Assembly (NCBI RefSeq): GCF_036365525.1
Contig: NC_090375.1
Location: 199,321,864-199,385,863 of the forward strand
Direction: 5' to 3'
Source: Heterodontus francisci
Taxonomy: Eukaryota
Length of the DNA: 64,000 nt
Under the pieces are notes generated by a model, which was given only the letters and a program-made list of their open reading frames with translations, ran no database searches and was not told the origin of the DNA. The position numbers and the translations under genes were made by a program. This document shows positions 60,590 through 64,000 of this stretch, in pieces (position 1 is the first letter of the stretch; every line of letters begins with the position of its first letter).

Positions 60590-63500
60590 CTACAGTTTAT
60601 TTTAAGGTATAGGAAGTAGTGTTTTTTGGGAGTTCTGTCGTAATGAGGACCAGAGAAGAAGGGCCCTAGAGTAATTGATATTATTTGGTATTAAGCATCT
60701 TCCAAAAGGTTTAATTTAAAGGGTTAAGTCATGGCAGGAGAGCTCAAAGTCGTGGTGTGCTCTTCGTGCTCTATGTGGGAAGCGGGGAACAATTCCAGTG
60801 CCCGGGACCAGCATGTATGCAGGAAGTGCCTCCAGTTGCAGCTCCTGGATGCCCAAGCTTAGGAACTAGAGCAGCAGCTGGGGACACTGGAGCATCCACG
60901 AGGCAGAGAGTTTCATGGATAGCATGTATAAAGAGATGGTCAGACAGCAGGCTCAGACTCCACAGGCAGGAAGGGAATGGGTGACCACCAGGCAGAGCAA
61001 GAGGAGTAGGCAGGCATTTCAGGAATCTCTTGTGGCTATTCCCCTGCAAAACAGATATACTGCTTTGGATACTGTTGGGGAGAATGGCCTCTCAGGGGAA
61101 AGCAGCATCAGCCCAATTCGTTGCACCACAGTTGGCTCTGCTGCACGGGGAGGAGTAAAAAGTGTTGGAATGCAATAGTTATAGAGGATTCAATTGTAAG
61201 AGGAATAGATAGGTGTTTCTGTGGCCGCAAACGAGACTCCAGGATGGTATGTTGCCTCCCTGGTGCTGGGGTCAAGGATATCTCAGAGCGGTTACAGGTC
61301 TTTCCGAAGGGGAAGGGTGAACAGCCAGTGGTCGTGGTACACATTGGTACAAACAACATAGGTAAAAATAAGGATGAGGTCCTAAAAGCAGAATATAGGG
61401 AATCAGGAAGTAAGTTGAAAAGTAGGACCTCAAAGGTAGTGCTCTCAGGTTTACTACCAGTGCCCCATGCTAGTCAGAGTAGAAATAGCAGGATATATCG
61501 GATGAATAGGTGGCTGAAGAGATGGTGTGAGGGGGAGGGTTTTAGATTCCTGGGACATTGGGACCGGTTCTGAGGGACGTGGGATCAGTACAAACTGGAT
61601 GGGTTACACCTGGGCAGGACCGGGACTGATGTCCTAGGGGGAGTATTTGCTAGAGTGGTTGTGGAGGGTTTAAACGAAAATGGCAGGGGGATGGGAACCT
61701 TTGGAAGGAGTCAGAGGAGGGTGGGGGAGGGGGGGGCGGGTGTGGAGATTAAGGACAAGAACAAAAGACAGTAAGGGGAATAAGAAAAGTGATAGACAGG
61801 GAAATCAAGGGCCAGAATCAAATAGGGCTAAAGTGAAAAATAGTGGGAAGGGGACAAGTAATGTTAAAAAAACAAGCCTTAAGGCTTTGTGCCTTAATGC
61901 GCAGAGCATTCACAATAAAGTGGATGAATTAATCGCACAAACAGATGTAAGCGGGTATGATATAGTCGGGATTACGGAGGCATGGCTGCAGGGTGACCAG
62001 CGATGGAAAATGAACATCCAGGGGTAGTCAATATTTAGGAAGGACAGACAAAGAGTAAAAGGTGGTGGAATTGCATTGCTGGTTAAAGAGGAAATTAATA
62101 CAATAGTGAGGAAGGATATTAGCTCGGACGATGTGGAATATGTATGAGTAGAGCTGAGAAACACTAAGGGGAAAATCCGTTCGTGGGGGTTATATATAGA
62201 CCCCCAAACTGTAGTGGTGATGTTGGGAATGGCACTAAACAGGAAATTAGAGATGTATGCGATAAAGGAACATCTGTAATTATGAGTGACTTTAAACTGC
62301 ATATAGATTGGGCAAATCAAAATAGACACAATACTATAGAGGAGGAATTCATGGAGTGTATACGGGATGGCTTTCTGGACCAATACGTTGAGGAACCAAC
62401 GAGTGAACAGGCCATCCTAGACTGGGTATTGTGTAATGAGAGAGGAATAATTGACAATCTAGTTGTGCGAGGCCCCTTGGGGATGAGCGACCATAATATG
62501 ATAGAATTCTTCATCAAGATGGAGAGTGACGTAGTTGATTCTGAGACTAGGGTCCTGAATCTTAATAAAGGAAACTACAAAGGTATGAGGCATGAGTTCG
62601 CTATGATGGATTGGGAAACCTTACTTAAAGGGATGATGGTGGATAGGCAATGTCAAACATTCAAAGAGTGCATGGATGAACAATTGTTTATTCCTGTCTG
62701 GCACAAAAGTAAAATGGGAAAGGTAGCCAAACCATGGCTGACAAGGGAAATTAGAGATAACATTAGACCCAAGGAAGAGGCATATAATTCGCCAGAAAAA
62801 ACAACAGACCTGAGGATTGGGAGCACTTTAGAATTCAGCAAAGGAGGACCAGGGGATTGATTAAGAAGGGGAAACTAGAGTACGAGAGCAAGCTTGCGGG
62901 GAACATAAAAACTGGCTGTAAAAGTCTGTGTAGGTATGCGAAGAGAAAAAGATTGGTGAAGACAAATGTAGGTCCCTTCCAGTCAATAGCAGGAGAATTT
63001 ATTATGGGGAACAAAGAAATGGCTAACCAACTAAATGCATACTTTGCTTCTGTCTTCACAAAGGAGGACAGGAATATCAGACCAGAAATGTTGGGGAACA
63101 CAGGGTTTAGTGGGAGGGAGGAACTGAAGGAAATCAGTATTAGTAGAGAAATAGTGTTGGGGAAATTGATGGGATTGAAGGCTGGTAAATCCCCAGGGCC
63201 TGATAATCTACATCTCAGAGTACTTAAGGAAATGGCCCTAGAAATAGTGGATGCATTGGTGGTCATCTTCCAAGATTCTACAGACTCTGGAACAGTTCCT
63301 ACAGATTGGAGGGTAGCTAATTTATCCCAACTATTTAAAAAGGGAGGTAGAGAGAAAGTAGGGAATTATAGACCAGTCAGCCCGATGTCGGTAGTGGGGA
63401 AAATTCTAGAGTCCATTATAAAAGATTTTACAGCAGAGCACTTGGAGAACAGCGCTAGAATTGAACAGAGTCAGCATGGATTTACGAAAGGGAGATCATG

Positions 63501-64000
63501 CTTGACAAATCTACTAGAATTCTTCGAGGATGTAACTAGTAGAGTTGATGAGGGGGAGCCAGTAGATGTGGTTTATTTGGACTTTCAGAAGGCTTTCGAC
63601 AAAGTCCCACATAAGTAATCAGTGTGTAAAATTAAAGCACATGGGATTGGAGGTAGTGTCTTGCGATGGATAGAAAATTGGTTGGCAGACAGGAAACAAA
63701 GAGTAGGAATAAACGGGTCTTTTTCCAAATGACAGGCAGTGACTAGTGGGGTATCGCAGGGATTGGTGCTAGGACCCCAGCTATTCACAATATATATCTG
63801 AATGGCTATAAACTGAGAGAGGGGAATATGCAACGATACCTGGGTGTTCTCGTACACCAGTTGCTGAAAGTAAGCATACAGGTGCAGCAGGCAGTAAAAA
63901 AGGCAAATGGTATGTTGGCCTTCATAGCGAGAAGATTCGAGTACAGGAGCAGAGATGTCTTGCTGGAATTATACAGGGCCTTGGTGAGGCCACACCTGGA
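60590..64000 (+). mobile_element. Near full-length degenerate CR1 LINE (ORF1 Zn-finger + SGNH esterase; ORF2 APE + RT), runs off the window end
   Basis: ORF1 from ATG 60731 (CSSCSMWE...C..C; IVIEDSIVRG, VHIGTNN); ORF2 LNAQSI, YRPP, SDHN, KSPGPD, QHGF; many stops and an internal RT deletion near 63795. Confidence 0.9.

Noticed and set aside
1-64000. J or constant-region exons
   Set aside because: I found no FGxG segment preceded by a nonamer-12-heptamer signal and no C1-set exon by eye; a short J could have been missed.

Overview
Vertebrate genomic DNA, very probably a shark (inferred from the repeat families: CR1, L2-like and RTE LINEs, Penelope-like elements, HE1-like V-SINEs, DeuSINEs). 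It is part of the germline V-segment array of a rearranging antigen-receptor locus, best fitting T-cell receptor gamma (TRGV). Supporting features are the 40-43-nt phase-1 leader exons, the IHWY/LHWY and YYCAYW motifs, and 3' RSSs with 23-bp spacers, all on the + strand; I saw no J or C segments. I count 12 V segments or remnants in six subgroups (A-F, my own labels), arranged as three partly deleted tandem copies of one cassette. Four are clearly intact (B2 24132, D2 35332, E2 46451, B3 54057), and A3 (52318) is intact apart from ACG where the leader ATG is expected. Every segment in the first cassette copy is defective, each in a different way: 5' deletion, leader only, 17-bp RSS spacer, in-frame stop, and LTR insertion. 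Two items among the retroelements stand out. One is an LTR element with a decayed env that has a polybasic cleavage site, fusion peptide and heptad repeat resembling a class I fusion protein (lokiretrovirus-like, inference). The other is a set of Penelope terminal-repeat copies, some as tiny TSD-flanked insertions, carrying a minimal hammerhead-ribozyme motif. All coordinates were read by eye; repeat boundaries are approximate.
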